A DNA stretch of 64,000 nt from Gammaproteobacteria bacterium (GCA_963662865.1 OY759969.1:1583891-1647890), one strand, 5' to 3'. Shown: positions 1 through 10,488, numbered from the stretch's first letter. Numbers and translations are program-made. Notes: a model not told the origin generated them from the sequence alone.

Positions 1-351
1 GGTACCTGAACCGACATTTCCCGGATTAATGCGATATTTTGCCAACGCCTGGGCACAATCCGGATACTTCGTCAGCAGGGCATGGCCGATATAATGAAAG
101 TCACCGATGAGGGGAACATTGATATTGCGTTTCAGCAGGCCCTCATAAATCGGGCCAACAGCGGCGGCGGCCTCCTCAGTATTTACCGTGATTCGTACCA
201 GTTCAGAACCAGCTTCGGCCAGCAGGGTAACCTGCTCAATAGTCGCATCAATGGCGGCGGTATCGGTATTTGTCATGGATTGCACCACTACCGGCGCATC
301 GCCACCCACCACGATATCTCCCACCCTGACGCCAACAGACTGTCTTCTCAT
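1..351 (-). CDS. ispG: 4-hydroxy-3-methylbut-2-en-1-yl diphosphate synthase (5' part; runs off window start)
   Basis: Not in ORF track. Manual minus-strand translation from ATG at 351: [31 protein letters not shown]...[11 protein letters not shown]...[12 protein letters not shown]...[10 protein letters not shown], the diagnostic IspG N-terminus. Confidence 0.95.
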   Translation of the reverse strand, partial: MRRQSVGVRVGDIVVGGDAPVVVQSMTNTDTAAIDATIEQVTLLAEAGSELVRITVNTEEAAAAVGPIYEGLLKRNINVPLIGDFHYIGHALLTKYPDCAQALAKYRINPGNVGSGT

Positions 352-413
352 AATCACTGACTGATCCCCGCAAACGCGAATTTATCCAGAATGGCAAATC
401 ATACCGGATCAGG

Positions 414-863
414 CTAACGCCTGCGTGCCAGACGGCGAAGTGATCGCGCCAGACGCTCGTCAGACACATCGTTTGCCGACATGGCAACCAGATCACGGGC
501 AGAGTCACTCATCCGGCGTTCGACCTGCCTCGGTCTGACGTCATCCTCTGCCATATCCTTCAACGGTCTGTTTTTTACAACGATACCACCGAGACCATCA
601 AGGCCACAGGACTTCAAAATAGCCAGAACCATGCGCTGCTGCATCCTGACATGCGTTGCCCACTCACCTCCTTTAACGTGGATGACGGCCCGCTTATGGG
701 TATCAATATCAGCCAGCTTTACCACGGTGTTAATCGACAACGGTAACTGCCGAATCAGGCACTTATTCAGCCTCGATAACTGCAAGGCCCGCGCCCGAAT
801 ATCGGCAAGCACACTTTTGCCAATCAAGGAATCTACACGATGTCTGGACATTCGTACCATCAT
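414..863 (-). CDS. DUF721/DciA-like protein
   Basis: About 150 aa. 'EWATHVRMQQRMVLAIL' core and C-terminal 'MSDSARDLV...DERLARSLRRLA' resemble gammaproteobacterial DUF721 proteins. Start uncertain. Confidence 0.6.
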   Translation of the reverse strand: MMVRMSRHRVDSLIGKSVLADIRARALQLSRLNKCLIRQLPLSINTVVKLADIDTHKRAVIHVKGGEWATHVRMQQRMVLAILKSCGLDGLGGIVVKNRPLKDMAEDDVRPRQVERRMSDSARDLVAMSANDVSDERLARSLRRLARRR

Positions 864-1059
864 ACATTTACCCAGGATATTGGCAATGCCATGCACCGGA
901 ACATGGTACATTATTAACAGCAATCAAGCGCAATATGTGATGGACTCATACCGTGGATGAAATATGGTGTTTATTCTCCGGACCGGCCTTTGTACTATCG
1001 CCGTCCTGTTCGCTCAATTGCTTTACAATCACAAGCGTTTTTAACTTGGAGGTCGGACC

Positions 1060-1380
1060 ATGGTTGGCTGGACGGATGTCGCCAGGGCTTCTGAACTGGC
1101 ACCCGGCGAGTATCGCGTGGTAGATATTGATGACGTGATGATTGCAGTATTCAACATTAACGGCGAGTTTTATGCCATTGAGGATAACTGCACACACGAC
1201 CATTTATGCCTGACAGGTGGTGAGATCGAAGGCGACGAAATTATCTGCCCGCATCATGGTGCACGCTTTAATATCAAGACCGGAAAGGCTTTAACGGCCC
1301 CTGCTTATGAAGAAGTACCAATCTTTCCCGTTCAGATCGTAAACGGCGTGATTCAGACCAGGGACGACCGCTGGGACTAA
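1060..1380 (+). CDS. Rieske [2Fe-2S] ferredoxin (dioxygenase ferredoxin subunit family)
   Basis: CTH...CPHHGARF Rieske motifs; GGAGG ribosome-binding site upstream. Confidence 0.9.
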   Translation: MVGWTDVARASELAPGEYRVVDIDDVMIAVFNINGEFYAIEDNCTHDHLCLTGGEIEGDEIICPHHGARFNIKTGKALTAPAYEEVPIFPVQIVNGVIQTRDDRWD

Positions 1381-1471
1381 CCAGCGATCATACAGACCCA
1401 ACCGGGCACTGACTGAAAAGAAAAACCGCACTAAGCCGGAAAACAGACTGCGTGACGATAAGGGCAGGTAA

Positions 1472-1888
1472 CTAGCCCTTTGATCCTGAAATATCCCAGG
1501 CATAAGTACAGTCAAGATGAGAGCGAATCCTGATCAGGCCACTCACGCCATCATCAACCATGATTTGAAGCGGTGTACGTTTCTGGAACTTTTTACTACG
1601 AGAACATATAAAGCGGGCACGTGCGTGCTTACTATTGGGGAAATACGTGCACAAAGCCTCGGCGATACCCAGAAGATGCCCAGCCCTTTCCAGAACATCC
1701 CGATCATCCGGCAAGGGCATATCTTCTCCCAGCTTATACATATGGCGTTTGCGGATAGCCTCAGGGAGCGCCAGCAGGGCATGCTGATCATCAAGACTCA
1801 GTTGCCATTGACCAAACATATCCATAATAAACCTCGCCATGTGCATACGAGTATCTTCATCAAACTCCTTTGCTTGAGCGCCCATCAC
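1472..1888 (-). CDS. Xre/MbcA/ParS-type (DUF2384-like) antitoxin-domain protein, no adjacent toxin
   Basis: 'FGQWQLSLDDQHALL...DVLERAGHLLGIAEAL...F...TPLQIMVDDGVSGLIRIRSHLD' pattern typical of this family. Confidence 0.6.
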   Translation of the reverse strand: MMGAQAKEFDEDTRMHMARFIMDMFGQWQLSLDDQHALLALPEAIRKRHMYKLGEDMPLPDDRDVLERAGHLLGIAEALCTYFPNSKHARARFICSRSKKFQKRTPLQIMVDDGVSGLIRIRSHLDCTYAWDISGSKG

Positions 1889-2075
1889 ATCATTCTCGCT
1901 GAAATTCAGGGTTTTTCATATAGCCAAAGAGGCTGGGAAATCTCTGAATAACTCCCAGAGGATGGAATATATGGCTAAAACCACTTCTCAGAGACTACCT
2001 GAGGACAGGAAGTAACTGGCGATGAGGCAAGGCCGCCTCGCTTGATTTCAATTCACAGGATGGGCCACTGAAAAA

Positions 2076-2468
2076 TCAAGCAGATACGGAATATACGGGA
2101 AGCATCATATCACCCAACCGGTACAGGCAAACCAGACAAAACACCATAAAGAAGCACCATATACTGGTAAAAAGTGACGTGTTGAAATTAAACAGCAGGC
2201 CCACCATGCCGACGCAGGCCAGCAAAATCCCGGACCCCAGGCCCCAGCCAAGGTATCGCTGCGCGATATCCACATAGCAGCGGGTCGAACCGGTCAATAT
2301 CGACAAGGACACACTGGCAAAACCAGCAGTAATCGCGCCAAAGGTGACCGTCGCGCTTAAGATAGTCACTTGATGGGTTCCGAGTTTCAGCTCAGCCCAC
2401 CAAGACACCGCGCCACTCAACGCGGCAAACACTTGCGGATAGTACTTCTGCCAAATCGTGAGTGCCAT
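2076..2468 (-). CDS. hypothetical multi-pass membrane protein just downstream of tRNA-Ser
   Basis: Three to four hydrophobic segments; lies directly 3' of the tRNA, a typical integration position. Confidence 0.5.
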   Translation of the reverse strand: MALTIWQKYYPQVFAALSGAVSWWAELKLGTHQVTILSATVTFGAITAGFASVSLSILTGSTRCYVDIAQRYLGWGLGSGILLACVGMVGLLFNFNTSLFTSIWCFFMVFCLVCLYRLGDMMLPVYSVSA

Positions 2469-2505
2469 TATAACGCCATTTTGGTCCAAAAATTACAAAC
2501 GGCTA

Positions 2506-2593
2506 TGGCGGAGAGCGAGGGATTCGAACCCCCGGAGGGTTGCCCCTCAACGGTTTTCAAGACCGCCGCTTTCGACCACTCAGCCAGCTCTCC
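2506..2593 (-). tRNA. tRNA-Ser (anticodon TGA)
   Basis: GGAGAGCTGGCTGAGTGGTCGAAAGCGGCGGTCTTGAAAACCG...GGTTCGAATCC...CCGCCA; long variable arm; encoded CCA. Confidence 0.97.
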
Positions 2594-2934
2594 GATGACT
2601 TCATTTAACTTCCCGGCCATCATCTTAATGTCTGGCCCGCGTTTACCTCGCCTTACCTGCTGCGGGGAGTATGAGGATACCGGAAACGACATTGGAAAAC
2701 TACTTCATGCCCTGGTTCAGTGCCGATGAGACAAAATCAAGCGGCCTGCATGGGCTGCCGATAGCCGTCCATGGGCGTTTCCAGACCAGCTTCATCATCC
2801 TGCATGTTGGATTATCAGGCTACCCGATTTCCTGGCCTGCCAAAGTCGCATTGTGGCGGAGGTTTGAAACCGTGGCTATGGCACGACGGTGCCGAGTTTG
2901 CCCGGCAGTCCGGCGGAGAGCGCCAAAGGTGTCT

Positions 2935-2961
2935 GAACTTATGCACGGGTTGGCACTCTAT
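2935..2961 (+). promoter_or_regulatory. sigmaE (RpoE)-like promoter of rpoH
   Basis: GAACTT-N16-TCTAT, close to the GAACTT-N16-TCnnA sigmaE consensus; overlaps the CIRCE left arm. Confidence 0.6.
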
Positions 2962-2976
2962 AAGGGAGAGTGCTAG
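2950..2976 (+). promoter_or_regulatory. CIRCE operator (HrcA site) upstream of rpoH
   Basis: TTGGCACTC-tataaggga(N9)-GAGTGCTAG versus consensus TTAGCACTC-N9-GAGTGCTAA. Confidence 0.8.
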
Positions 2977-3023
2977 AATGCCGTCAGAAACTTTGGATAC
3001 TGAGGAATTCAGGGAGGTTATAA

Positions 3024-3899
3024 ATGACATCGACTGTTTTAGTCCCGAAACAAAATACAGAAATGGCAATGCCGTTACTGACGGGTAGCCTGGACCAATA
3101 TATCCAGAGCGCCTATAACGTACCGATGCTTTCCGCTGAGGAGGAGCATGAACTGGCTGTGCGCTTCCACGAGGAAAGTGACCTGGATGCCGCACGCAAA
3201 CTGGTCATGGCACACCTGCGCTTCGTTATACACATCGCACGTGGCTACAGCGGCTATGGTCTGGCGCTAAACGATCTTATTCAGGAAGGTAACATCGGTT
3301 TAATGAAGGCTGTCAAGCGATTCGACCCTATGGTCGGTGTACGCCTTGTCTCCTTCGCGGTTCACTGGATTCGTGCTGAAATCCATGAATTTGTATTACG
3401 CAACTGGCGTATAGTCAAAGTGGCCACCACCAAGGCGCAGCGTAAGCTGTTCTTCAACCTGCGCAGCAGAAAAAAGCGTCTGGGCTGGCTCAACCGGGAA
3501 GAGGTTAATGCAGTTGCTGAAGACCTTGGCGTTAAGCCGGAAACCGTTCTGGAAATGGAGCGTCGCCTGAGTGCGCACGATACTGCGTTCGATGCTCCGG
3601 TAGATGACGATGACGAAGATGCCTGGAAAGCCCCGGCGGCTCACCTGCGGGACCGTCAGACTCCGGACCCGGCGCAGGTGCTGGAAGACGATGACTGGCA
3701 AACCCGGCAACAGACCAGCCTGATTTCGGCACTTGAAGAGCTGGATGATCGCAGCAAGGATATCCTGCAGCGTCGCTGGCTGAATGAGAAAAAAGCCACA
3801 TTACACGAACTGGCGAACGAATACGGCGTATCCGCTGAACGTATTCGCCAGATTGAAGCTGCTGCAATGAAGAAAATGCAAATATCGATAGCCTTGTAA
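3024..3899 (+). CDS. rpoH: RNA polymerase sigma-32 factor
   Basis: RpoH box QRKLFFNLR; [18 protein letters not shown]; [10 protein letters not shown]. Confidence 0.98.
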   Translation: MTSTVLVPKQNTEMAMPLLTGSLDQYIQSAYNVPMLSAEEEHELAVRFHEESDLDAARKLVMAHLRFVIHIARGYSGYGLALNDLIQEGNIGLMKAVKRFDPMVGVRLVSFAVHWIRAEIHEFVLRNWRIVKVATTKAQRKLFFNLRSRKKRLGWLNREEVNAVAEDLGVKPETVLEMERRLSAHDTAFDAPVDDDDEDAWKAPAAHLRDRQTPDPAQVLEDDDWQTRQQTSLISALEELDDRSKDILQRRWLNEKKATLHELANEYGVSAERIRQIEAAAMKKMQISIAL

Positions 3900-3920
3900 A
3901 TCTCAGGGTCCACCAACTAT

Positions 3921-3949
3921 AAAAAAGCCGGTCATTGACCGGTTTTTTT
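3921..3949 (+). terminator. intrinsic terminator after rpoH
   Basis: AAAAAAGCCGGTCA-T-TGACCGGTTTTTTT hairpin plus T-tract. Confidence 0.85.
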
Positions 3950-3992
3950 ATGCCGAACATTGACTGATTTCGACTTGTGTCATTTCTGTTCT

Positions 3993-4020
3993 CTTGAATT
4001 TCCGGCACCAAACCCTATGT
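3993..4020 (+). promoter_or_regulatory. sigma-32 promoter of hsp20
   Basis: CTTGAA-N14-CCCTATGT versus consensus CTTGAA-N13-17-CCCCATnT. Confidence 0.7.
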
Positions 4021-4069
4021 AACTACCGCAACAAAGCAGCATTGTTATATTGTTATAAGGAGATGAAAT

Positions 4070-4510
4070 ATGAACTTAACACATTTTGATTCATATAAAA
4101 TGATCCCGCGTCATGGTGATCCTGGTCGTTTACTCGACGCATTTATGCCTCGTTTTGAGCGCGAGGAAACAGCAGCCGGCTATGACTGGGTCCCTGCTGT
4201 CGATATTAAAGCGGCAGGCAACAGCTACATTATCCATGCCGATGTTCCCGGCATTAAGCCGGAAAACATTGATGTTTCGCTGGAAGACGGTGTTCTGACG
4301 ATTCGCGGTGAACGCCGATTCGACGGCGAAGAGGCCAAGGATGGTTACAGACATGTTGAGCGTGTACGCGGCACTTTCTACCGTCGCTTCACAATCCCTG
4401 ACATGGCCGATCAGGAAAGGGTGACAGCCAGGTGTAACGATGGCGTACTGGAGGTTGTTATTGAAAAACAGGAGAAGGCACTACCCAGAAAAATTGCTGT
4501 TAATTCATAG
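4070..4510 (+). CDS. small heat-shock protein, Hsp20/alpha-crystallin family
   Basis: PAVDI...ADVPGIKPENIDVSLEDGVLTIRGER...ER..G.FYRRF...DGVLEV. Confidence 0.95.
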   Translation: MNLTHFDSYKMIPRHGDPGRLLDAFMPRFEREETAAGYDWVPAVDIKAAGNSYIIHADVPGIKPENIDVSLEDGVLTIRGERRFDGEEAKDGYRHVERVRGTFYRRFTIPDMADQERVTARCNDGVLEVVIEKQEKALPRKIAVNS

Positions 4511-4720
4511 CAATGTGTTTTGTGATGCGGCATAGCTATCACCTGCCGCATCCTGAGTTTTTCCTTTCCTCTGGAGCGTCGAGGAGGCAGTCGTCGCAAG
4601 TAGCATGGCTGTCGCACCTTCTTGATTTAGATCTGGCCTTGAGGGCGACTACCCAGGCATGAATCCGTCGGTAATTTTATGGTCTGATACCGCTTCTAAG
4701 GAACATCATCCGGACGTTTT

Positions 4721-6130
4721 ATGGCTATACGAAATCACACCTTTATCGGGCTTTTGCTGATTATCGCCCTGTTTGTATCCGGGGTGTTACATGTACATGC
4801 CGCCCTGCCTCTCCATGCCAGCGGACAGGCCCTGCCCACCCTGGCACCCATGCTTGAAAGGATAACTCCGGCCGTTGTAAACATTTCGGCAATTGGTGAA
4901 GTTCAGGTACGTTCCCGAGCCCGTAGCAACCTGTTTGATGAACCCTTCTTCCGACACTTTTTCGATATGCCCGGCTACCGCCCTGAAACCCGCAAGACGC
5001 GCAGTCTGGGCTCAGGCGTTGTTGTAGATGCCCAGAATGGGTATGTCCTGAGTAACCATCATGTCATCGAGGATTCTCAGCAGATTATTGTAACTTTTAA
5101 GGATGGTCGGCAACTGGAAGCCCGACTTATGGGCTCAGACCCGCGCACAGATGTCGCTGTCCTGCAAATCCCCGCCAGGAATCTAACGGCTGTACCCATG
5201 AGCGATTCTGATAAATTAAGAGTCGGTGATTTTGCTATAGCCATTGGTAATCCCTTTGGATTGGGACAAACCGTAACCTCCGGTATTGTCAGCGCCCTGG
5301 GCAGGAGCGGTCTGGGTCTGAGCGGAAAAAACGGCCAGCAAAACTTCGAGGAGTTCATTCAAACCGATGCAGCCATCAATGTCGGTAATTCCGGAGGTGC
5401 GCTGGTTGATCTGAGTGGTAAGCTGGTCGGTATCAATACGGCGATTCTGTCGCCGAATAGAGGGGGGAATGTGGGAATTGGCTTTGCCATTCCAATCAAC
5501 ATGGCTAAAGCCGTCATGGACCAGCTTGTCGCACATGGGGAGATCAAACGCGGCTATTTTGGCGTAGTCGTACAAACACTGACACCGGACCTGGTAGAGG
5601 CCATGAATACCAGGTTAAAGAATGGGGTCATTATTGCCGGGGTCGAAAGCGACTCGCCCGCCGAGAATTCAGGTCTTCAAGTACACGATATCGTCACCAG
5701 CATCAACGGCCATTCCGTGAAGAGTTCAATCGAAATGCGCAACCGGATTGGGCTGCTCAATATCGGTGACCGTGTCACCATGGATGTCTATAGAGGGGAT
5801 AAAAAAATTACGTTAACTGCGGAAATTGGCAGTGAAAAACCTGCCAGATCCATTGCGGGCGATAAGATTGATCCAAGGTTGGCCGGTGCAGTTATTGCCG
5901 ATATCCCGACTGGTTCAAAACCGGTTGATCGGGGAGTTTTTATAGCTGAAATTGAGCGCGACTCACCTGCATCGGGATATAGCCTGGAAAAGGGCGATAT
6001 TATCGTCTCTGTCAACCGCAGGCGTGTAACGAGTATTAAAGATATCCGGGCGATAATGCGCCTGCGACCGAAACAGATATTGATCAATATTCAGCGTGGT
6101 CAATCGGCTTTTTTTCTCCTGATCAGATAA
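4721..6130 (+). CDS. degQ: periplasmic serine endoprotease DegQ/DegP family
   Basis: Signal peptide, trypsin triad (SNHHV, TDVAV, GNSGGAL), two PDZ domains. Confidence 0.93.
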   Translation: MAIRNHTFIGLLLIIALFVSGVLHVHAALPLHASGQALPTLAPMLERITPAVVNISAIGEVQVRSRARSNLFDEPFFRHFFDMPGYRPETRKTRSLGSGVVVDAQNGYVLSNHHVIEDSQQIIVTFKDGRQLEARLMGSDPRTDVAVLQIPARNLTAVPMSDSDKLRVGDFAIAIGNPFGLGQTVTSGIVSALGRSGLGLSGKNGQQNFEEFIQTDAAINVGNSGGALVDLSGKLVGINTAILSPNRGGNVGIGFAIPINMAKAVMDQLVAHGEIKRGYFGVVVQTLTPDLVEAMNTRLKNGVIIAGVESDSPAENSGLQVHDIVTSINGHSVKSSIEMRNRIGLLNIGDRVTMDVYRGDKKITLTAEIGSEKPARSIAGDKIDPRLAGAVIADIPTGSKPVDRGVFIAEIERDSPASGYSLEKGDIIVSVNRRRVTSIKDIRAIMRLRPKQILINIQRGQSAFFLLIR

Positions 6131-6263
6131 TAAGCCGGGCGGGCCGGTGTTGTCTGATGCCCTTCGATATGATGTCTGCCATTTGACAGCATTATTACCG
6201 GTCTGCGGCACTGGCATAACAGATTTTATCCCGGCAGCGTCGATCCCGGTACGACAGTTACCT

Positions 6264-6407
6264 AACAGGCTGTTGAAATTCTACTCATGCGGCACGATAC
6301 GGCGTTAAAAATGACCTCAAAATGCTCATTTACTCTGGGTAAACTGCGCTTTTTCGGCCATTTTTGCCTTGTCTCGCACTCGCCTGAGCGAATTTCAACT
6401 ACCTGCT
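6264..6407. mobile_element. ~144 bp MITE-like intergenic element
   Basis: Imperfect terminal inverted repeats A(A/G)CAGGCTGTTGAAATTC ... GAATTTCAACTACCTGCT and an internal palindromic core; partial second copy at 40096-40143. Confidence 0.7.
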
Positions 6408-6425
6408 CAATGTCGATTTAAGCCG

Positions 6426-9152
6426 CTAATGGGTTTCATCCCAGTTATTTCCAATGCCTGATTGGACCAGTAACGGTAATGACAATTCGACCGCATTACT
6501 CATCAGCGTGTTTATCTCTGCGGAGATTTCTTGAGCCGATGGCCGTTCTATTTCAAACACCAGTTCATCGTGAACCTGCATAATCATTTTGACCGGCGGA
6601 CTTTCTCTTTTTATCCAGCCATACACGGAAATCATTGCGCGCTTAATAATGTCGGCGGCGGTTCCCTGCATGGGCGCATTGATTGCGGTGCGCTCTGCTG
6701 CCTGACGACGCATGGCGTTACGTGCACGAATCTCCGGCAGATAGAGTCGGCGCCCAAATAATGTCTCTACATAACCATCAACTGCCGCCTGCTTTCTCAT
6801 GCGGTCCATAAATTCCAGCACACCCGGATACCGACCGAAGTAGGAATCAACATATTCCTGTGCTTCATTATGACTGATATTGAGCTGCCGGGCCAAACCA
6901 AAGGCGGACATGCCATAAATCAATCCGAAGTTAATGGCCTTGGCTGCGCGTCTTTCATCATTACTCACCTCGTCCAATGCCAGACCAAAAACCTCTGCGG
7001 CTGTCGCACGATGTATGTCCCCACCACTGTGAAAGGCCTTGACCAAGCTTTCATCCTGCGAGAGATGCGCCATGATTCTCAATTCAATTTGAGAATAATC
7101 CGCCGCTAAGAGAACGTGATTTTCAGATGCGATAAACGCCTGCCGAATACGCCGGCCTTCCTCAGTGCGTATGGGGATATTTTGCAGATTAGGTGATGTT
7201 GAAGACAGTCGCCCGGTCGCCGCCACCGCCTGATGATAAGAGGTATGTACACGACCTGTATTTTTATCCAGTTGTAGCGGCAGCTTATCGGTATAGGTGG
7301 ATCTCAGTTTGCTCAGACCACGAAATTCAAGAATTAACCTGGGTAATTCATGATTCTTTGCCAACTCCTGCAACGTGTCTTCTGCGGTGGAGGGCTGTCC
7401 TTTGGGTGTCTTTTTGATCACTGGTAATTTCAGTTTATTAAACAGTATTTTCTGTAATTGTTTTGGCGAACCCAGATTAAAGGATTGCCTTGCCTCGTCA
7501 TGCGCCTTTTGTTCCAGAACCAGCATACGGTCAGCCAATTCCTTGCTTTGTTGATGTAGCAGATCACTGTCAACCAGCACTCCGGTACGCTCCATGGATG
7601 ACAATACAGGGATCAAAGGAATTTCTATTTCATTCAAGACCGACTGCAATTGATTATCACTCTGCAATCTGCCGGCCAGTACTTTATGAAGCTGTAACGT
7701 GATGTCAGCATCTTCTGCCGCATAAGGCGCTGCAGTCTCCAGGGGCACCTCGTTAAACGTCAGTTGTCTGGCACCCTTGCCCACAATATCTTCATAGCGA
7801 GTGGTATCCGCACCCAGATATTTCTTTGCCAGTGAACCCATATCATGGCGCACCGCCACAGAATTCAATACATAGGACTCCAGCATGGAGTCATGTTTCG
7901 CGCCCCGCAGCTCTATATCGTCATTGGCCAGAACATTCATATCGTATTTAATATTCTGACCAACCTTAATTTGAGCATCATCTTCAAGAAGCGGTTTTAG
8001 TTGTGCCAACACCCATGCGCGATCAAGCTGGGGCAACACTCCCGGATAATCATGCCCTATCGGAACATAGGCAGCCTCGTTCGCTCTGACGGCAAATGAC
8101 ACACCAACAATCTTTGCCTGCATATAATTCAGATCGTCTGTTTCCGTGTCGAAGGCAAAAATATCGGCTTCTTTCAGGCGGTCCAGCCATTGCGTAAATT
8201 CCTCCTGAGATAAGATGGTTTGATAATCCTTCTCCTGCCTCACCTCACCTGCATCACTGGCCTTGTCTTCATTTTCCACAAACTGGCCGATACCCGCACT
8301 GAACTCAAAGCGCTCAACCAAAGGCTGCAGGGCAGATAAATCCGGGTCGGTTCTCAATAGCGATTCCGGCGTTTCCGAAAGCCGGACATCTGTTTTAATC
8401 GTGGCCAATTGGCGTGAAAGTGGCAAAAATTCCAGTGAATCACGTAAATTCTGACCGACCCTGCCCTTAACATTTTCAGCGTCTGCCATAATGGCATCCA
8501 GTGTCTGATATTGACCCAGCCATTTAACCGCCGTCTTCGGGCCCACTTTGGGCACCCCGGGAACGTTATCTACCGTATCACCAATCAGCGCCAGATAATC
8601 AATAATCTGGTCGGGCCGCACTCCAAACTTTTTCAGCACACCGGCTCCATCCATGTGTGTGTCTGACATGGTATTGATTAGACTGACATCCGGGTTGACC
8701 AGTTGCGCCATATCTTTGTCGCTTGTTGAAATCACGGTTTGCAGGTCATGCTCTCGCGCCTGCACAGCAAGTGTGCCAATCACATCATCGGCTTCCACGC
8801 CTGAAATCATGAGTAGCGGCAGGCCCATCGCACGCACAAAGTCATGTATCGGCCCGATCTGTACACGCAGATCATCCGGCATTGGCGGACGATTTGCCTT
8901 GTATTGATCGTACAGATCATCACGAAAAGTTTTACCCTTGTCATCAAAGACAATACCAACGTAGTCAGGCCGCCATTCCTGCACTGTCTTTTGCAGCATA
9001 TTAATCACACCGCGAATAGCACCGGTTGGTTCACCTTTGGAGGTACTTAGTGGAGGTAATGCGTGATAGGCCCTGAACAAATAAGAGGAACCGTCCACTA
9101 ACAACAGGCGTTTATCATCTTTTTCCTGATCTTTACTGGTCATATCTGCCAT
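6426..9152 (-). CDS. polA: DNA polymerase I
   Basis: 5'-3' exonuclease (LLLVDGSSYLFRAYHA), 3'-5' exonuclease (FDTET), polymerase motifs DYSQIELR, AKAINFGLIYG, QVHDELV. Confidence 0.99.
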   Translation of the reverse strand: MADMTSKDQEKDDKRLLLVDGSSYLFRAYHALPPLSTSKGEPTGAIRGVINMLQKTVQEWRPDYVGIVFDDKGKTFRDDLYDQYKANRPPMPDDLRVQIGPIHDFVRAMGLPLLMISGVEADDVIGTLAVQAREHDLQTVISTSDKDMAQLVNPDVSLINTMSDTHMDGAGVLKKFGVRPDQIIDYLALIGDTVDNVPGVPKVGPKTAVKWLGQYQTLDAIMADAENVKGRVGQNLRDSLEFLPLSRQLATIKTDVRLSETPESLLRTDPDLSALQPLVERFEFSAGIGQFVENEDKASDAGEVRQEKDYQTILSQEEFTQWLDRLKEADIFAFDTETDDLNYMQAKIVGVSFAVRANEAAYVPIGHDYPGVLPQLDRAWVLAQLKPLLEDDAQIKVGQNIKYDMNVLANDDIELRGAKHDSMLESYVLNSVAVRHDMGSLAKKYLGADTTRYEDIVGKGARQLTFNEVPLETAAPYAAEDADITLQLHKVLAGRLQSDNQLQSVLNEIEIPLIPVLSSMERTGVLVDSDLLHQQSKELADRMLVLEQKAHDEARQSFNLGSPKQLQKILFNKLKLPVIKKTPKGQPSTAEDTLQELAKNHELPRLILEFRGLSKLRSTYTDKLPLQLDKNTGRVHTSYHQAVAATGRLSSTSPNLQNIPIRTEEGRRIRQAFIASENHVLLAADYSQIELRIMAHLSQDESLVKAFHSGGDIHRATAAEVFGLALDEVSNDERRAAKAINFGLIYGMSAFGLARQLNISHNEAQEYVDSYFGRYPGVLEFMDRMRKQAAVDGYVETLFGRRLYLPEIRARNAMRRQAAERTAINAPMQGTAADIIKRAMISVYGWIKRESPPVKMIMQVHDELVFEIERPSAQEISAEINTLMSNAVELSLPLLVQSGIGNNWDETH

Positions 9153-9221
9153 TCAAAGTACACTGCGACGAAGGATTGCCGGTTTATAATGCCTAAACCG
9201 GCGTTGCAACCGGGATGCCCC

Positions 9222-9941
9222 ATGAATGCAGACAACGACAACTTACGGACCCGTCCGGTTAACGAAGACATCCTGACCCGTCAGTCCTGGAAAATCTTCC
9301 AGATTATGGCCGAGTTCGTAGAAGGATTTGAGAGGTTGTCCGGTATCGCTCCCTCAGTGAGCATTTTTGGCTCCGCAAGAACCAAACCTGATAATAAATA
9401 CTACCACCTGGCCGAAGAAATAGCACAGTTACTGTCTAATGCGGGCTTCTCTGTTGTCAGCGGCGGTGGTCCCGGCATCATGGAGGCCGCCAATAAAGGC
9501 GCCCACGAAGGCAACTCTCCCAGCATCGGTCTTAATATCATATTGCCCCATGAACAGGTTGGAAACCAGTATCAGGATATCGAGCTTAACTTCCGCCACT
9601 TTTTTTCGCGTAAAGTGATGTTTGTTAAATACGCCTCAGCCTATGTCGTCCTCCCCGGTGGATTCGGCACTCTGGACGAATTGGCCGAAATTCTAACCCT
9701 GGTACAGACAAGCAAGACACGGCGTATTCCCATCATACTCGTGGGCTCAAAATTCTGGGACGGCCTTGTCAACTGGATGAAAAACACACTGGTGATCGAA
9801 GGAACCATCAACGAAGACGATCTGGGCTTGTTCCAGATTATTGACGAACCCGAGCTGGTAATAGATGCCATCTTCAAGCATTATGAACATCGTGGATTTG
9901 AGCCAACCGTTGCAGAAACAGAAAAAATGCTGCATCTATAA
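9222..9941 (+). CDS. LOG-family Rossmann-fold protein (TIGR00730-like)
   Basis: IFGSART, SGGGPGIMEAAN, PGGFGTLDE motifs; usual divergent neighbour of polA. Confidence 0.9.
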   Translation: MNADNDNLRTRPVNEDILTRQSWKIFQIMAEFVEGFERLSGIAPSVSIFGSARTKPDNKYYHLAEEIAQLLSNAGFSVVSGGGPGIMEAANKGAHEGNSPSIGLNIILPHEQVGNQYQDIELNFRHFFSRKVMFVKYASAYVVLPGGFGTLDELAEILTLVQTSKTRRIPIILVGSKFWDGLVNWMKNTLVIEGTINEDDLGLFQIIDEPELVIDAIFKHYEHRGFEPTVAETEKMLHL

Positions 9942-9959
9942 GCTATACAGGGGCAAATA

Positions 9960-10325
9960 ATGCTATTAATCAATACCAAAGGACTGCTGCTGTCGCTGCT
10001 GCTGTCGCTTTCTGCAGGAGCAGCTTACGCTGAACGCCCGGATAATCTGGAGCCAGTGCCGGAACCGCCACCGCCACCGCGTGGTGTGCAAAGCGGAGAA
10101 GCCATCCCACTGGGTGAACCCCAGATCACCATTTTCCGCCGCGGCGAGAATCTCATAAAAGAATATCGCCTGAACGGCCATCTATACGCCATAAAAATTA
10201 CACCGGATGGCGGTACACCCTACTATCTGATCGATATGGACGGCGACGGCCACATGGAAGGACAGTTCTTCGATAATGATAATGCAAAAATCATAGTCCC
10301 CATGTGGGTGCTGCATCGCTGGTAG
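9960..10325 (+). CDS. DUF2782-like exported protein
   Basis: Signal peptide, Pro-rich linker, EPQITI...EYRLNG.LY.IK.TP..G.PYYL.D.DGDG...PMWV..RW. Confidence 0.8.
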   Translation: MLLINTKGLLLSLLLSLSAGAAYAERPDNLEPVPEPPPPPRGVQSGEAIPLGEPQITIFRRGENLIKEYRLNGHLYAIKITPDGGTPYYLIDMDGDGHMEGQFFDNDNAKIIVPMWVLHRW

Positions 10326-10488
10326 GCACTGAATTAACATCCAATACCGCCCTGCGATATTAGCTGTCACCGCTTGACCGCCGGGTGCGAAACCATAACG
10401 CATTCCGCAATCAGAACTCCAACCAGCACCACCTGACCGGAATCCCCCGGCGCCAGAGGTCTTGCGAAGGTGATGACAATTCACGGGA

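Noticed and set aside
2671-2976. ORFs between tRNA-Ser and rpoH
   Set aside because: No recognisable family; they overlap the rpoH regulatory region.
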